From: Lophium mytilinum
Taxonomy: Eukaryota
Assembly: GCA_010093605.1 (NCBI GenBank)
Contig: MU004181.1
Coordinates: 1,178,001 to 1,242,000, forward strand
Length of the DNA: 64,000 bases
Reading direction: 5' to 3'
Shown piece by piece: positions 50,125 through 64,000 of the stretch. The position numbers and the translations under genes are program-made. Within the stretch, counting starts at the first letter, position 1; each line of letters starts with the position of its first letter. The notes beneath the pieces were generated by a model. That model saw only the letters and a list, made by a program, of their open reading frames with translations, did no database searches and was not told where the DNA came from.

Positions 50125-52565
50125 TTAGCGCTTAGCTCGCTTAGGCGCTCGTTTTTTCCTGGCCTTCTTGACATCCTCGGGGGTCTTAGATTTATATGGA
50201 ACCCATCTAGTTCCAGGTCTGAACGTCTGTTCGCCGAAGAGCAAGTCCGGGGGATCGTCGTCGGGCGGAAGATGGGGAACGATCGCGGCTACCAGCTCTT
50301 CCAGGGTAGGTCTGTCCTCTGCTCGGAACCGCAAGCATTTCCGTACCAGTTCCCTCAGTTCTTCAGGATATCTCTCAGCCATTGGGAAGCCGCCATCTAG
50401 AAGAATATCAGCTGTTGCATAATCCTCTTCTGAAAGGTTGTGCACTGTTTCCCCAATCTGGTGATCGCTATGGTCAAGCCATCTAATAGAGTCCTCTTCA
50501 TTGTCGATATCTTCAGGTATGCCATCCGATTCATCTATAGGGCCATGGATGTAGGCATTCGTGATTAGCTGCCAAATCGTAGCGCCCACTCCCCAAACGT
50601 TGGCTTTTGAGGTCATGCGTTTTTTGCGATACTGTTTCTTTTTCCAGTATTCGAGGCGATGTTCCTATAGAAGTAGTTACTTAGCGACTAGATCTAGCCA
50701 ATGCCAGTCGGTAGTACTAACTGGAGGTCTCATATGGAAAGTGCCATCTTCGATGTATTCCCGAGGGTTGTCTGGGCCATCATCGAAGGCACATCCAAAG
50801 TCGGTGACGGCAACCTTCGGCCACTGGCGCACCTTATTAGTCTGTGGATGAGCATTGAAAGTTTTAGGAAAACTCACGTTTGGCCGTTGGACTAGTGGCA
50901 TTTCAGAACCCTCTTGAACGGCCTTTACTTTCTCCTTCCCCGTTTTGGTTGTCCCTTCCTCTGCACGCGGCGGGGTGATAAGTACGTTTTCTGGCTTAAA
51001 GTCACAATGTATAATCTCCCGCCAGTCCCCTTGTTTAGCACCCCTAGTTCCGTCTCTCATCACTAGGCAAGCATCCACCATCGCATAGAAGCAGTGCCAA
51101 ATCCAAGCTTCTGGCAGCTCTTTTTCAACAGTAACTTTTTTCTTCCAGGTTGCTAGGGATTTTCCCTCTTTTTCTTTTGACTGGTTTGCTTTGCCATTCT
51201 CGAGTGGAAACCTCCGTAGCACGCTCAATAGCGAGCCATAATCGCAAAAGTCGAGATAGATGCGTAACCTTTGTTGGTGCATAATAAGGCGATGCCCTTT
51301 GTGATTTATAATGTGTTCCGTACAGCCCGTCGCCTTGAGGCGGTTCATGTATGCTATCCTTTTGGTGTGTTAGCACACGCCAGTTCTGTTTCGAAGGGGC
51401 AACACATACTCGCGCGGCAGCTTGTCCCGCCACTCTCGAGGATCTCTCCAGGCTAACGACGACCAATAATAACATTCCTTGACGGCCATTCTCTGTTCAG
51501 CGCATTAGCACACTATCAGCCAACTCGAAACGTCAAAAGCATGAAAAACGGTGGTGCTAACCTCCAAGATGTTCATATTCGCGTCAACTCGAACCCACAG
51601 AGCGACTATCCCATACCCACCTTCCCCAAGCGTCTTCACACCTCTCCAGCCTTGCGCCCTCGGGTCGCCGTCTTCAAACGGGAATAACAGAGGTCCTGCG
51701 ACGAGCCCTTCCGACCGTTCGCCTTCTTCGTATCTATACAATGGGTTGAACACCCCGTCGTCGTTATCATTGTCACTATCGTCCAAATTCGGCCATTCGT
51801 GATCAGGCCACCAAGGGTACGGGTACTCCCAATGCTGGCCTGGACCTGGTGCAATGCCCGATGGACTCGACGGAGGAGATTGCGGAGGACTCCCACGGCC
51901 AGGTCGAGCACCTCTTGGAGGGCTAGGGCTAGGGTCAGGTCCCACAATAGGACGCGAGGTTCTTCTGGAAGCTGAGCCCTTTACGGGGCTTGATCTTGTA
52001 CGTTGGCTGGGGCTAGGGTATACGGTAGGACGCGAAGCCCTTCCGGAAGATGAGCCTTCCATTGGCCTTATACGTTCGCGTGAGGCTGCTGAAGATCGCG
52101 GCATGCTTGCCGCCTCGGCTTGGCCATCTAACGATGCTTCTGGTTCTGTTGGTGGTGTATCTCGATTATCCGCAGTCCTCGGCTCGTCCGGTAGCACATA
52201 AGTTGCAGCGGGCAGCGTTCCGGCCCTAGCTACCACAGCCGCATCAAAAGGTCCCATATCGATATCTCCATGTTTTCGGAGCCAGAACAAGGTATCTCGA
52301 ATATCCTCTAAATTCAAATGATCGATTTAGCTCAAGAAATTCGTTTCCCAAACCGCCTAATAGACGTTAAGATGGGGCATGGCTTACCTTCGTCCCAATT
52401 TGGCCTCTCCTTTTTTATTTTGAGCTTGTAGGCCCGATCGAAGTACCCCTTCGCGGTGGCAAGTGGGAGACCCTTTACGGAGTCGGCATCAAGATCTGTA
52501 GCCGTCCTCGCCTTTTTTTTGGGCGGTCCCTTTCCGGCCTTTCCAGCCTTTCTTCTTGGAGCCAT
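50125..52565 (-). CDS. Ser/Thr protein kinase with long disordered N-terminus (multi-exon)
   Basis: Gly loop LGEGGYG, MAVKE, YLDFCDYGSL, IIHCDFKPEN, TDFG, GT..MRPPE and KANVWGVG. Basic NLS-like ends (MAPRRKAGK..PPKKKAR; KKARKKRAPKRAKR). Confidence 0.88.
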
Positions 52566-53539
52566 GATCTATGCCGTCATTTATCTTGGTTGGGATAGAT
52601 CAAACACAGTCGAATGCTTAAACAGGGTCAACTGTGGATAAACGAGGCGCTCTCAGCTGGGATAAAAGACACGGAGTACGAGAGAACCACGCGTTAACCG
52701 GATTGCAGAAGTAAGCAGACTTGTAAAAGACAGCAACAAAGGGATTCCGCAAACGGACAAGTCTCGCTAGAGAAGAGGGTTGTAATACACACAAAGGGAT
52801 TGCCAAAGTTGACACCGCGAAATAGGAGTATTCTTTATTTGAGACCTGAACAGCAAACCTAATTTCATTGGACTAGCATTGGAGATTAGTTTTTTTCGAC
52901 GCTGAGATCGAATTTAATATTGACGTTGGACGAGAAGTCGGCGCACTGTGCAAGTATCCTGGACACCGGGAAGCAAATAGTTCCACAGGGTGGAGTCGTT
53001 GCAAACGCAACAATACAGCAGCCTTGACACGAATATAGATCTCGGTGTGAGGCTTGTACATAGCTGTCACATAACTACTTGTGTCAAGTAATACTCCGTG
53101 AATACTGATACTACTATTTGGCGAGCTCTGAGACTCTTGGATCAAAAACCTGGGCAGGGTGTGAGTGATTGTCTTGACCGCCTCAGTACTTGGGCATGGC
53201 AGCCTACATAGCGGCATGCAAGTGTTGATCGAATAAGTCTCCTTACGGTTCTCACTCTCTTGTTCTCACCCAACTGCACTCACCTGGCTTTGAAACCCTC
53301 ACCTTTGCAAATCACCATTCATTCACTGACTCGAGGCTCACCGTTTTAACTGGAAGCACAAACTCCTCCACAAATTTGAGGAAAGGGCGACCAGTTGAAC
53401 AGTAGTAGCTCATTTGTCGGTCTGCTGACCCATTCCGTCTGTCTCGTAGCTACTATTTCTAATATCCTCGAGGTCTTCATAGAAACCAGTCCTATCCAGG
53501 TCCCATTCCCGACATACCTTCTCTTGTTGGAAGTATCCA

Positions 53540-54851
53540 ATGTCTTCCTCAGTCGTCAACGCGAATGGTGCCACTGGGGTATTGGCAGTGAAAGCGCCAG
53601 GTAGGTGATTTGTAATTAGAAAACATGCCAAATTGTTTCTCAATTGAGTTCAATTGAAACACCCGCTCAATCAGCAATAGAAGACCAAGACTTCTACGAG
53701 GTCAAACATACCCAGAAAGGCTACGGGGCATATGCCTTGAAGCCGATCAAACGCGGCACGCGCATCCTCGCCGAACACCCTCTACTCCGGATCGACCAAA
53801 GGGCCTACTTCAAAGCCGACGTCGAAGCCGCTTTCGCAAAGCTCTCGCCAGAAGACCAAAAGCGCTACTTCGAGCTGCACTCCGCCCACGGTCAGAATCC
53901 AGCACACTGGCCCAAAGGTGTTGATGCGTCGCTGCCCGCGAAAGAGCGGCAGCGCATCGCAGAAGAGCACGAAGCTCGAATCTCGAAGGAAGCCAGCATA
54001 GCCTCTATCTTCCGGACCAACTGCATGAACATCACCAAGGGAGCAGCGCTTTTCTACTACAACGCGCGCTTCAACCACTCGTGCAACTCCAATGCGTACT
54101 TCTTCTGGAACGAGAAAATCGACATGGAGACGATCCATGCAATCAAGGATATCGAGGCCGGAGAGGAGCTTACACTTTGCTACATCGACCCGTACCAGGA
54201 TCGGGCGAGGCGCCAGTGGGAGTTCAAGCACTGGGGTTTTGCGTGTGACTGCCCTGCCTGTGGCGATATATCCAACCCGGAATCTTTCGCGGCAAAGAGT
54301 GCGGACAACAGATACCGGCTGAGCGAGCTTGATGATATGACTTCGGGATTCCGGACTAGCCCGGAGGTAATGCTTTCGAACTCCAGGATGATGGCGGACA
54401 TGCTCGAGATGGTGAAGTTGCACCTAGTTGAGGGCTTCTACAACTACGCGCTAGCAAAGATGTGAGTACTGAAATGAGATCACTAGACCTCATATCACAA
54501 GCAAGCACCACATACCTCCATCCAGGCGTCAATCTCGGAAGCTCTCAGACCAGCTGGTTCAATTGCTTCTTGGTTTCCATACTGCTAGAAACCCCTCGCC
54601 TGGACTGGAAAGTAGCGCTGACGAATGGAATCAGATACCGCGATATTGGGCTCATGTGCGAAGTCAGAAACGACCTGAAGCATGCAGTGGCAGCTATCTC
54701 CAAAGCTCTGCAAGTGGTGGAGATTTGCTGTGGGACTGACTGTAAGGAATGGGCGGAGGTTCGTGATATTGAGATTCGACTGGGCATGAAAACTACAACA
54801 CTCAACGGCGGAGTGGCTGAACCCAAGCTGAGCTCGGAATCGGTTAGCTGA
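53540..54851 (+). CDS. SET-domain lysine methyltransferase (SMYD/Set5-like)
   Basis: KGYGAYALKPIKRGTRILAEHP, ARFNHSCNSNA, DIEAGEELTLCYI and post-SET WGFACDCPAC. Inferred exon 1 from ATG 53540 (MSSSVVNANG..KAP) splices in frame to EDQDFY; last exon ends 54851. Confidence 0.88.
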
Positions 54852-55586
54852 TGACGGAATGGAGAAGCTGAGGTTCTGAGAGTGCAGTCGAGATTGGCCC
54901 TTAGGGTGATTGAAATGGTCACGGCGGTATACACTTAAGACCTGAGAACGACCTCCTGGATGATGGGGTCGCAGGATGCATCAGAAAAGTTTCTTTCCTT
55001 TGAAATCTTGGAGTCATACCACATCAAGCTCCAGCATAGAATCATAAAGACACTACTCACTGTGTAGTGGCTCCTGCCATGATGTCGAAAGTGACATCGA
55101 TACGGTACCTAAGCGTATGGAACAGCCGTCGACCCTGTATATCTCATAGATTTCAGATCGGGTTCATGAGATGGCCGTGTAGATGCAGTTTGACGCTCAG
55201 TGGAGGTGGATGAAACCAGAGGGGCTAATCCTGATGCGGCCCCCCCTGTATTGCGGGACACAAGACGCAGGGCCTCTCATCACGGTGCCTGGAAGAGGCT
55301 CTGAAACTGCACTGAGGCATTACGACCTGCCGTGTTGAAGCCACAAATGCTATACCACGATGCCCAGCTTGCGGTGTAGGCGCCACCTACGCAACAGGAT
55401 GAGAGGGATCCTGATCCACACATCACGGTCTCAGCTGTGTCCAACTAACCACGTAGTTAGCTACTAAGTCGTATTCACACTGGACCGCGGACCCTGAGTC
55501 TTGGTCCGTCCAGAACCCAAAGACACTCATTTCATACATCTGCGTCTCTCAGGCTTCATTGACGCATACTTCATTCGCCGTTTACC

Positions 55587-56901
55587 ATGGCTTCTCAGCT
55601 TCAGCCGCCAGTAGAACCCGCCACGACATCCTCAGCTGCCACGTCTGAAGCTCTTGAGACCTCGACCTCCGCGACAGCTCCTCTAGCAGTCCCTACATCC
55701 CCTCAGGCTTCGGTCGCTACAACGATAGAGACACCAGCCGCTGCAAATGGCTCTGCGCAACCCTCAACCACACCCGTGGCTCCCAGCGACACACCGGCAT
55801 CAGCTCTAAACGTCGCAGCGAACCCCCCTCCCGTGGAACCAGAAGCAGACTTCACTGGCAATGTCAACGTCACTAATGACAAGCCAACCCAGGCAGACCT
55901 AGAGAAATGCGCGGACATGCTTGTTCTAGACGCGCAAGGCGCGTCGCGGCCGTTCAAAAGCTTGTACGCTGGTGAAGGGGTCGCGCCGCGGCAACTAATC
56001 ATATTCGTGCGACATTTCTTCTGTGGTGTAGGTCTTCTCGATTCTGTGTTTAGATTCTGGCGTATTGGGAGAAGTTGTCACGAAACGGGCACAGGAAGGG
56101 CCAGACGCTTCACGGCGTCTCGAGCACTATCCTTCCAGCTTTACGGCTACATCGAGGCTTCCAATAGCGCCAATGATTTGCTTGTGGTACACTATTATCA
56201 ATTACCAGTACGATAACTAACGAATGGCTCGACAGCAATGCCAGGAATACCTGCGAACTCTCTCCTCCTCCATAACACCCGAATCGCTCCTCTCCCTCGA
56301 CACACCTACCTTCATCACCGTAATCGGCTGCGGCCGCCCAGACCTGATTGAGATGTACACGGAAACCACCAGCTGTCCGTTCCCCATCTACGCAGACCCC
56401 ACGCGCAAGCTCTACGACACCCTCGGCATGACACGCACGCTGGATCTGGGCAAGAAGCCGCAATACACTACTGCGGGCCTCTTCGCTACGACCGTGCAGA
56501 GCATAATGCAGGGGCTGAGAAGCGGGCGGCAGGTCATGAACGGCGGCGACTACAAACAGGTGGGCGGCGAGTTCTTGTTCGAGAACGGCGAGGTGATCTG
56601 GTGTCACCGGATGCGCAACACGCGAGACCACGCTGAGGTGCCGGAGCTGCGAAAGCTGCTTGGGCTTGATGATACGAAGCCGCCGATGCGGAAGCGTTGG
56701 AGCCACGGAATCAAGGGGGTTGGGCGGCGCAGTGGAAGCTGGGGGAGGCCCAAGGATGGGAAGTTAGAAGAGAAGGGCGGAAGGAGGAGTGCGAGCATAG
56801 CAAGGCGGGTAAATGAGAGGAGCATCGAAGAGGAGAGGCCAGAGGCTGAAGAGCAGACGGAAGCTACGAAGCCAGCGGAGAACGGTGTCGCCAAAGCGTG
56901 A
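55587..56901 (+). CDS. Peroxiredoxin-like 2 / AhpC-TSA_2 thioredoxin-fold protein
   Basis: LIIFVRHFFCG spliced to QCQEYL (CxxC); VIGCG, FPIYADPTRKLYD, GDYKQVGGEFLF and WCHRMRNTRDHAE. Confidence 0.85.
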
Positions 56902-57554
56902 GAGAGGTGTCTCGGGGATCAATCTCAGATTTCTGCTTGTGATTACATGTTATTAAAGGGGCATCTCGGAGGGCCAACAGGGACGTGGGCACCCATTAGC
57001 ATTAGGTCAAACTTGTACGATTACCTCTTGATGCATGACAGGCGTTGGTGGGCGGGTATGCTAGCCAATATACTTTATCTCCAGGTCTTCTCCAGACACA
57101 CGCACGGTTGGTGGAGAGTGACCCCTCCCACAGTCCCCAAAGTTTCCCGATACAGACAAAAGGCTTTTCTCTTCACCACCAGCGAAGGGAGTCCGATTTC
57201 GGCAAAACATCCCGAGGGGCAGCGAGCACAACCCCGCTATGCATTCGTCAGAAACGCTGCCCAGAACTCGAGCAGCTTGGGCTTCAGCCGGCCATGGTTC
57301 GGTGCCGCACAACAGGCCGCAATTTATTCGGACAATGCTTGGAGGACAGGGCGGCCGCGGGGAGGTGAGGCCAAAGTTGCTGCGAAGCAAACCCGACATC
57401 ATCGACGCCAACCCCACATTGCCCCTCCCTTCGTCGGCCTTATATAGACCTCGACACAGCGCTGCATCGCCCGCTTCTTCGTCAACTGTGTGTTGAAGCT
57501 CTGAATCCACTTTAAACCTTTCATTTCATCTAGAACTCTTTCAAATACTTCACC

Positions 57555-59076
<1,522 letters not shown>

Positions 59077-59737
59077 ACCGCGAAGAGCAGGGAGAAGCTG
59101 TAGTGTAGGCGTTGAGGGATCCGAAAGGCGAAGAGAGCCCCCGTCGGTGGTTCAGTGAGTAGAGTTGTCGTGAGTGGGTAGGATAGGGAGTCCAAAATCT
59201 CGGCGGGACGTACCGTGGGCGAGGAGTTTATGGTCTTGACATTGATGGCTCAAGTGCTCGGTCAGTTCAGAATCGGCTGGTATGCAGGATGCCATCACTT
59301 CACCTGGATACTATTTAGCAGCTCGCACAAAAGCAGGACTGTTCACATTGAAATCTAGACCCGTGATTTGCTCTACGTGCGATCTAGGGCCATGTAACTT
59401 TCCGATTGCAGTTGCTTGCAATGATGTAAGGCACTCATGGTCTCAGCAGGTAAAAGTTTTCAGCACATAGATTCAACTAACCACTTAGCCTTGTTGATGA
59501 AAGCTTTGAGCGAGGCTTCTGTCGGAGGTGTGTGAGTTCAGTTCAGCGCATGCATAGATGAGAATGAGCTGAAAACATAAACTTTTGTCTTTTCCAAAGA
59601 ACTCCATATGGTATAAATCGTAAAGTAGATAGCCCGAGCAACTCGGTAAGTGCAACGGCTCCTAGCACCAGGAGAGAAGATATTTCCCGGCAAATGAAGC
59701 TCAGAATGCCATCTAGTAGCCAAGTAGGTAGTAATCC

Positions 59738-60917
<1,180 letters not shown>

Positions 60918-61674
60918 TGTGCTACGTGGGGTACTGGAGAAAGATGTAGAGGGTATGTAGGTGCGATTGAGGCGTGGAAGGTAAGTTCGAAGGTGTAGGA
61001 AAGAATGAGGAGGAGAAGGGAAAAGGGACCGTCTCAGCAAACAAGAGGAAGACAGCTTGAAGGCAATTGTGAGGCTTTTTTCTGTCGTCGGGCAGCTACA
61101 ACTTTTTCACCTCCGTCATGTCTCCCCGCCATTGGGCGAGCGTATGCACTGTCCCGCACTAGCATCAATACGGAAATACAAACGGGGCTTGACCTCTGCC
61201 TTCAGTTGCTCAGACTACTACTACCATTTTCCATCAGGACACGCTTAGATATGCAGTCTCTCCACATTTCTAATCGCGGAACTCATCAGGTCTTGATTGG
61301 AGACTGCCATCCTTCAACCAGTAGCCTTGCCTGAATGCGCCGCCGGTCTCCAGCAAACCGAGGCCGACTCCGACTGCATCGGCTCGACAAGGGCTTGGAG
61401 GGCCTCGTTTGATGTTCAGGGTGCAGCAAGGTGTTGTAGCCTCCAAATGATAGGGTTGGACGGTCGGATCGACGGGATAGTCCCTGGTTCAGCAGAGCCA
61501 TCCTCGTATCTAGTGTGATCATTTGAGGGGGTGCATTGAGCTGGTCGCAGTATATAAGGTCGTAAGGGGACGCCTCTACTCTCACCTCCATCACTCTCAA
61601 TTCACGGTCTCTTTTCGATTAAACTTCTTTCTCTTCAATTCTCTGAGATCAATTAAGGTGAAGAGCCCTTAGCC

Positions 61675-62702
61675 ATGACAGAGTCTGCGGACACCCCCAA
61701 ATGGGACCCCGAAAGGTGGCACAAGGACAAGTCACATAAGCCCCTTTGGTATGTTGAAAATCTGGAGAGCGTCGACGAGGGCGCCAGAGAGCTTCTTGAG
61801 AATTACAGTGGCATGGCCCCAGAGAAAGTCATTCCACATATTGTAGAAGTGGTATGTGGTCTCAATAATACTCCGATCGATCACATCAATGCTAACTAGC
61901 GCTTAGAGGGATAGAGCATTTGATATCGTAAGATACCTTAAACCATTGTCAAGGTTCTACTTTGTTATTTACCAAGACCTAGTTTCCATACCCATGCATC
62001 GGCCTCTTCCGGTTCCTCGATTTGAGTATCAGCAGCTCTCCGCAGTACGCTGAGATACTGCAGCGTATTAAGGGTGGACAGCAGTTTCTCGACATGGGAT
62101 GCTGCTTTGGGCAAGACATCCGCAAGCTAGTAGGTCGGACACAGCCGTTTCTGATACACACGCTGACGGAACATGTAAAGGTCCACGATGGAGCTCCAGC
62201 CGAGAATCTGTACGGTGCAGACCTCGAGATGCAGTTCATGGAACTAGGCTATGACCTTTTCCTAGACAAAGAGACCTTGAAAACCAAGTTCATTGCCAGC
62301 GATATCTTTGACCCCGAGGCTGAAATTAAGCAATTGGACAATAGTATCGACATCGTCCACGCCTCGTCCTTCTTCCATCTATTCGACTGGAAGCAATCAG
62401 TTCAGGCCGCCAAGCGCATCGTCGAGATTCTCAAGAAAGAACCCGGGGCGCTAGTCATCGGTCGACAGCTAGGCGGAGAAGAATCAGGAGATATAGAGTC
62501 TCCCATTGACAAGAAGACGAGGTACCAGCACAACTCGGAATCTTTCAAAAAGATGTGGAAGCTCGTTGGCGACGAGACGGGCTCCAATTGGGAGGTAGAC
62601 GTCACCATAAAGCTGTTTCCTCGTGGAGGAGGCCTTTTGCGTCAGTTGGAGAAGCGTCGGGATGACACCCGGGTGCTTATATGGGCGGTCAGGAGAGTAT
62701 AG
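61675..62702 (+). CDS. Class I SAM-dependent methyltransferase (AusD/Trt5-like family)
   Basis: RELLENYSG..V/RDRAFDI/FPYPCIGLFRFLDL, FLDMGCCFGQDIRKL, LYGADL and SSFFHLFDW. 21-nt microexon at 61907-61927; probable in-frame 51-nt intron at 62130-62180. Confidence 0.88.
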
Positions 62703-63145
62703 GTCTGAGATTAGTGCTTATCCATTCAACATGGTATTTCTGGCTGCTCTTTTGAGCATACTCTCTTCGGTGCTCTGTCAGTGATGGTAACGTATCTAGA
62801 CCCTTATACACTCTTTGGTCACACATTTGGCCACATCAAGCTTGACACTGCTTTGCGCCTCTCGATGCACCATGCCGAATAGTCAGTAAGCTTCCTAGGC
62901 CTCCTTCGAAAGTAACTAGTAGTTATGTATATGCAGACTGAACGTGTGATATGTTGCTACGACCTAGCGAAGTTTGACAACACAGACCACGTGATGGAGC
63001 AACGATTTGGTTCCGTGTATATATCTACCACGGTACGCTTTTAGAACGAGGCTTGACACAACATCTGCTCAACTAAACACGTATGCCTTTAAAGCACGAC
63101 CAACTCCTACTCTGCACTCATAGATTCTTCTAAGTTGATAAAGAA

Positions 63146-63543
63146 ATGGTGACGTCTACCACCATATTCGTAGCATTCCTCTTTGCTGGAACAGGTCTTT
63201 CGCAAGATCATGTCAGCGCACGAGGTTACAATCTTTCGAAGAACACTATAACCGGACATTTTTCCGATAACTGCAATGACCGGGAGGTCGAGTGGAAATT
63301 TGACAAGAGGGTTGCCGTACTGTGCACGCCAATTGGTAAGCCTTCTCAGAAGTAGCTTACTCAAACAATATTCCACTGCTAATGTTTTGCTATACAGATG
63401 GGCGTATGGGTAGGCACCAAGTATTTGAAAAACCCAAGCGTCTGCATATTGCCGCTCTAGAAAAAGATTGCGCTTGTAAGAAACTTCAAGGGCACGAGTA
63501 TTTCCACACCCTTCTATTATATATTAACACCCCCCAACTTTAG
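63146..63543 (+). CDS. Small secreted Cys-containing protein (effector-like); 3' end probably replaced by an inserted repeat
   Basis: Signal-like MVTSTTIFVAFLFAGTGLS. Exon 1 63146-63335; intron GTAAGC..GCTAAT..CAG; exon 2 from 63398 stays in frame and reads into AT-rich DNA to TAG at 63541-63543. Confidence 0.6.
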
Positions 63544-64000
63544 TAGATATACACCCCTATTATCTAATCTTTTAATTGGCTAGAACGGCTTAGACTTTTA
63601 TTTAGAGCTCTAGTGGCCGGCCGCCTAGCTTAAAGGAGGGTATTATAGAATAGCACTAGCACTACGGAAGGTAGTATAACGGCCTAAGAGCGCCTATTCT
63701 AAGCCTTAGCCTTAGCCTTAGCTTACTCCTTAGCCTTAGGCGGCGCCAGCGCGGCTTCCTTATAAGGAGCTCTAACGTTAGATAGCATTATATAAGGAGA
63801 ATAGCTAGTAGGGTGCGGCAGTAATATAGGGGGGGCTAGATTTAATATAGAGGGGCCGTAATAAGGTAAGGATTTAACTATTTTAGTATACTTATAGGTA
63901 TATAGGTATATAGGTAGTAATATAGTAGCCTATATATACTATAGGAAACGGGAAGTATATATAGTAAAATAGGTATACTATATAGCCTTACTATAACTAC
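63475..64000. mobile_element. RIP-degraded repeat, probably an LTR-retrotransposon end; continues beyond the window
   Basis: Abrupt switch to AT-rich DNA dense in TpA and visibly poor in CpA/TpG (e.g. tataggtatataggtagtaatatagtagcctatatatactatagg). Begins with TGTAAG, an LTR-like 5' end; no ORFs. Confidence 0.7.

Noticed and set aside
63700..63741. (CCTTAG)n as a telomeric repeat
   Set aside because: Not TTAGGG/CCCTAA. It lies inside RIP-like DNA and is more simply a mutated hexamer repeat of the element.

Overview
Gene-dense eukaryotic DNA from a filamentous ascomycete. A Dothideomycete/Pleosporales-like origin is inferred from short GT..AG introns with CTRAC branch points, the gene families present and RIP-like AT-rich DNA. 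I can support about 23 protein-coding genes: a bilirubin-oxidase-type multicopper oxidase, a SIM+RING protein, mitochondrial DNA polymerase gamma, an SREBP-type bHLH factor, a HAD hydrolase, an unlisted 83-aa three-exon microprotein, an intronless bacterial-looking S9 peptidase, the GATA factor NsdD, glutamate-cysteine ligase, an EXPERA/EBP-like membrane protein, the divergent gaaC/gaaA D-galacturonate pair with a GARE motif, a small membrane protein, Med15, a secreted nucleoside hydrolase, a protein kinase, a SET protein, a PRXL2-like protein, formaldehyde dehydrogenase, spermidine synthase, a methyltransferase, and a small secreted protein that runs into a RIP-like repeat at the right edge. 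No tRNA, rRNA or CRISPR array was seen, and no clearly novel multi-gene system is evident. The best leads are the candidate horizontally acquired peptidase in a decayed accessory patch (about 18.7-25.4 kb), the microprotein, the E-box/SRE-like repeat arrays upstream of SREBP and the effector-like gene apparently interrupted by an LTR. Intron boundaries were read by eye, and family assignments come from motif recognition, not database searches.
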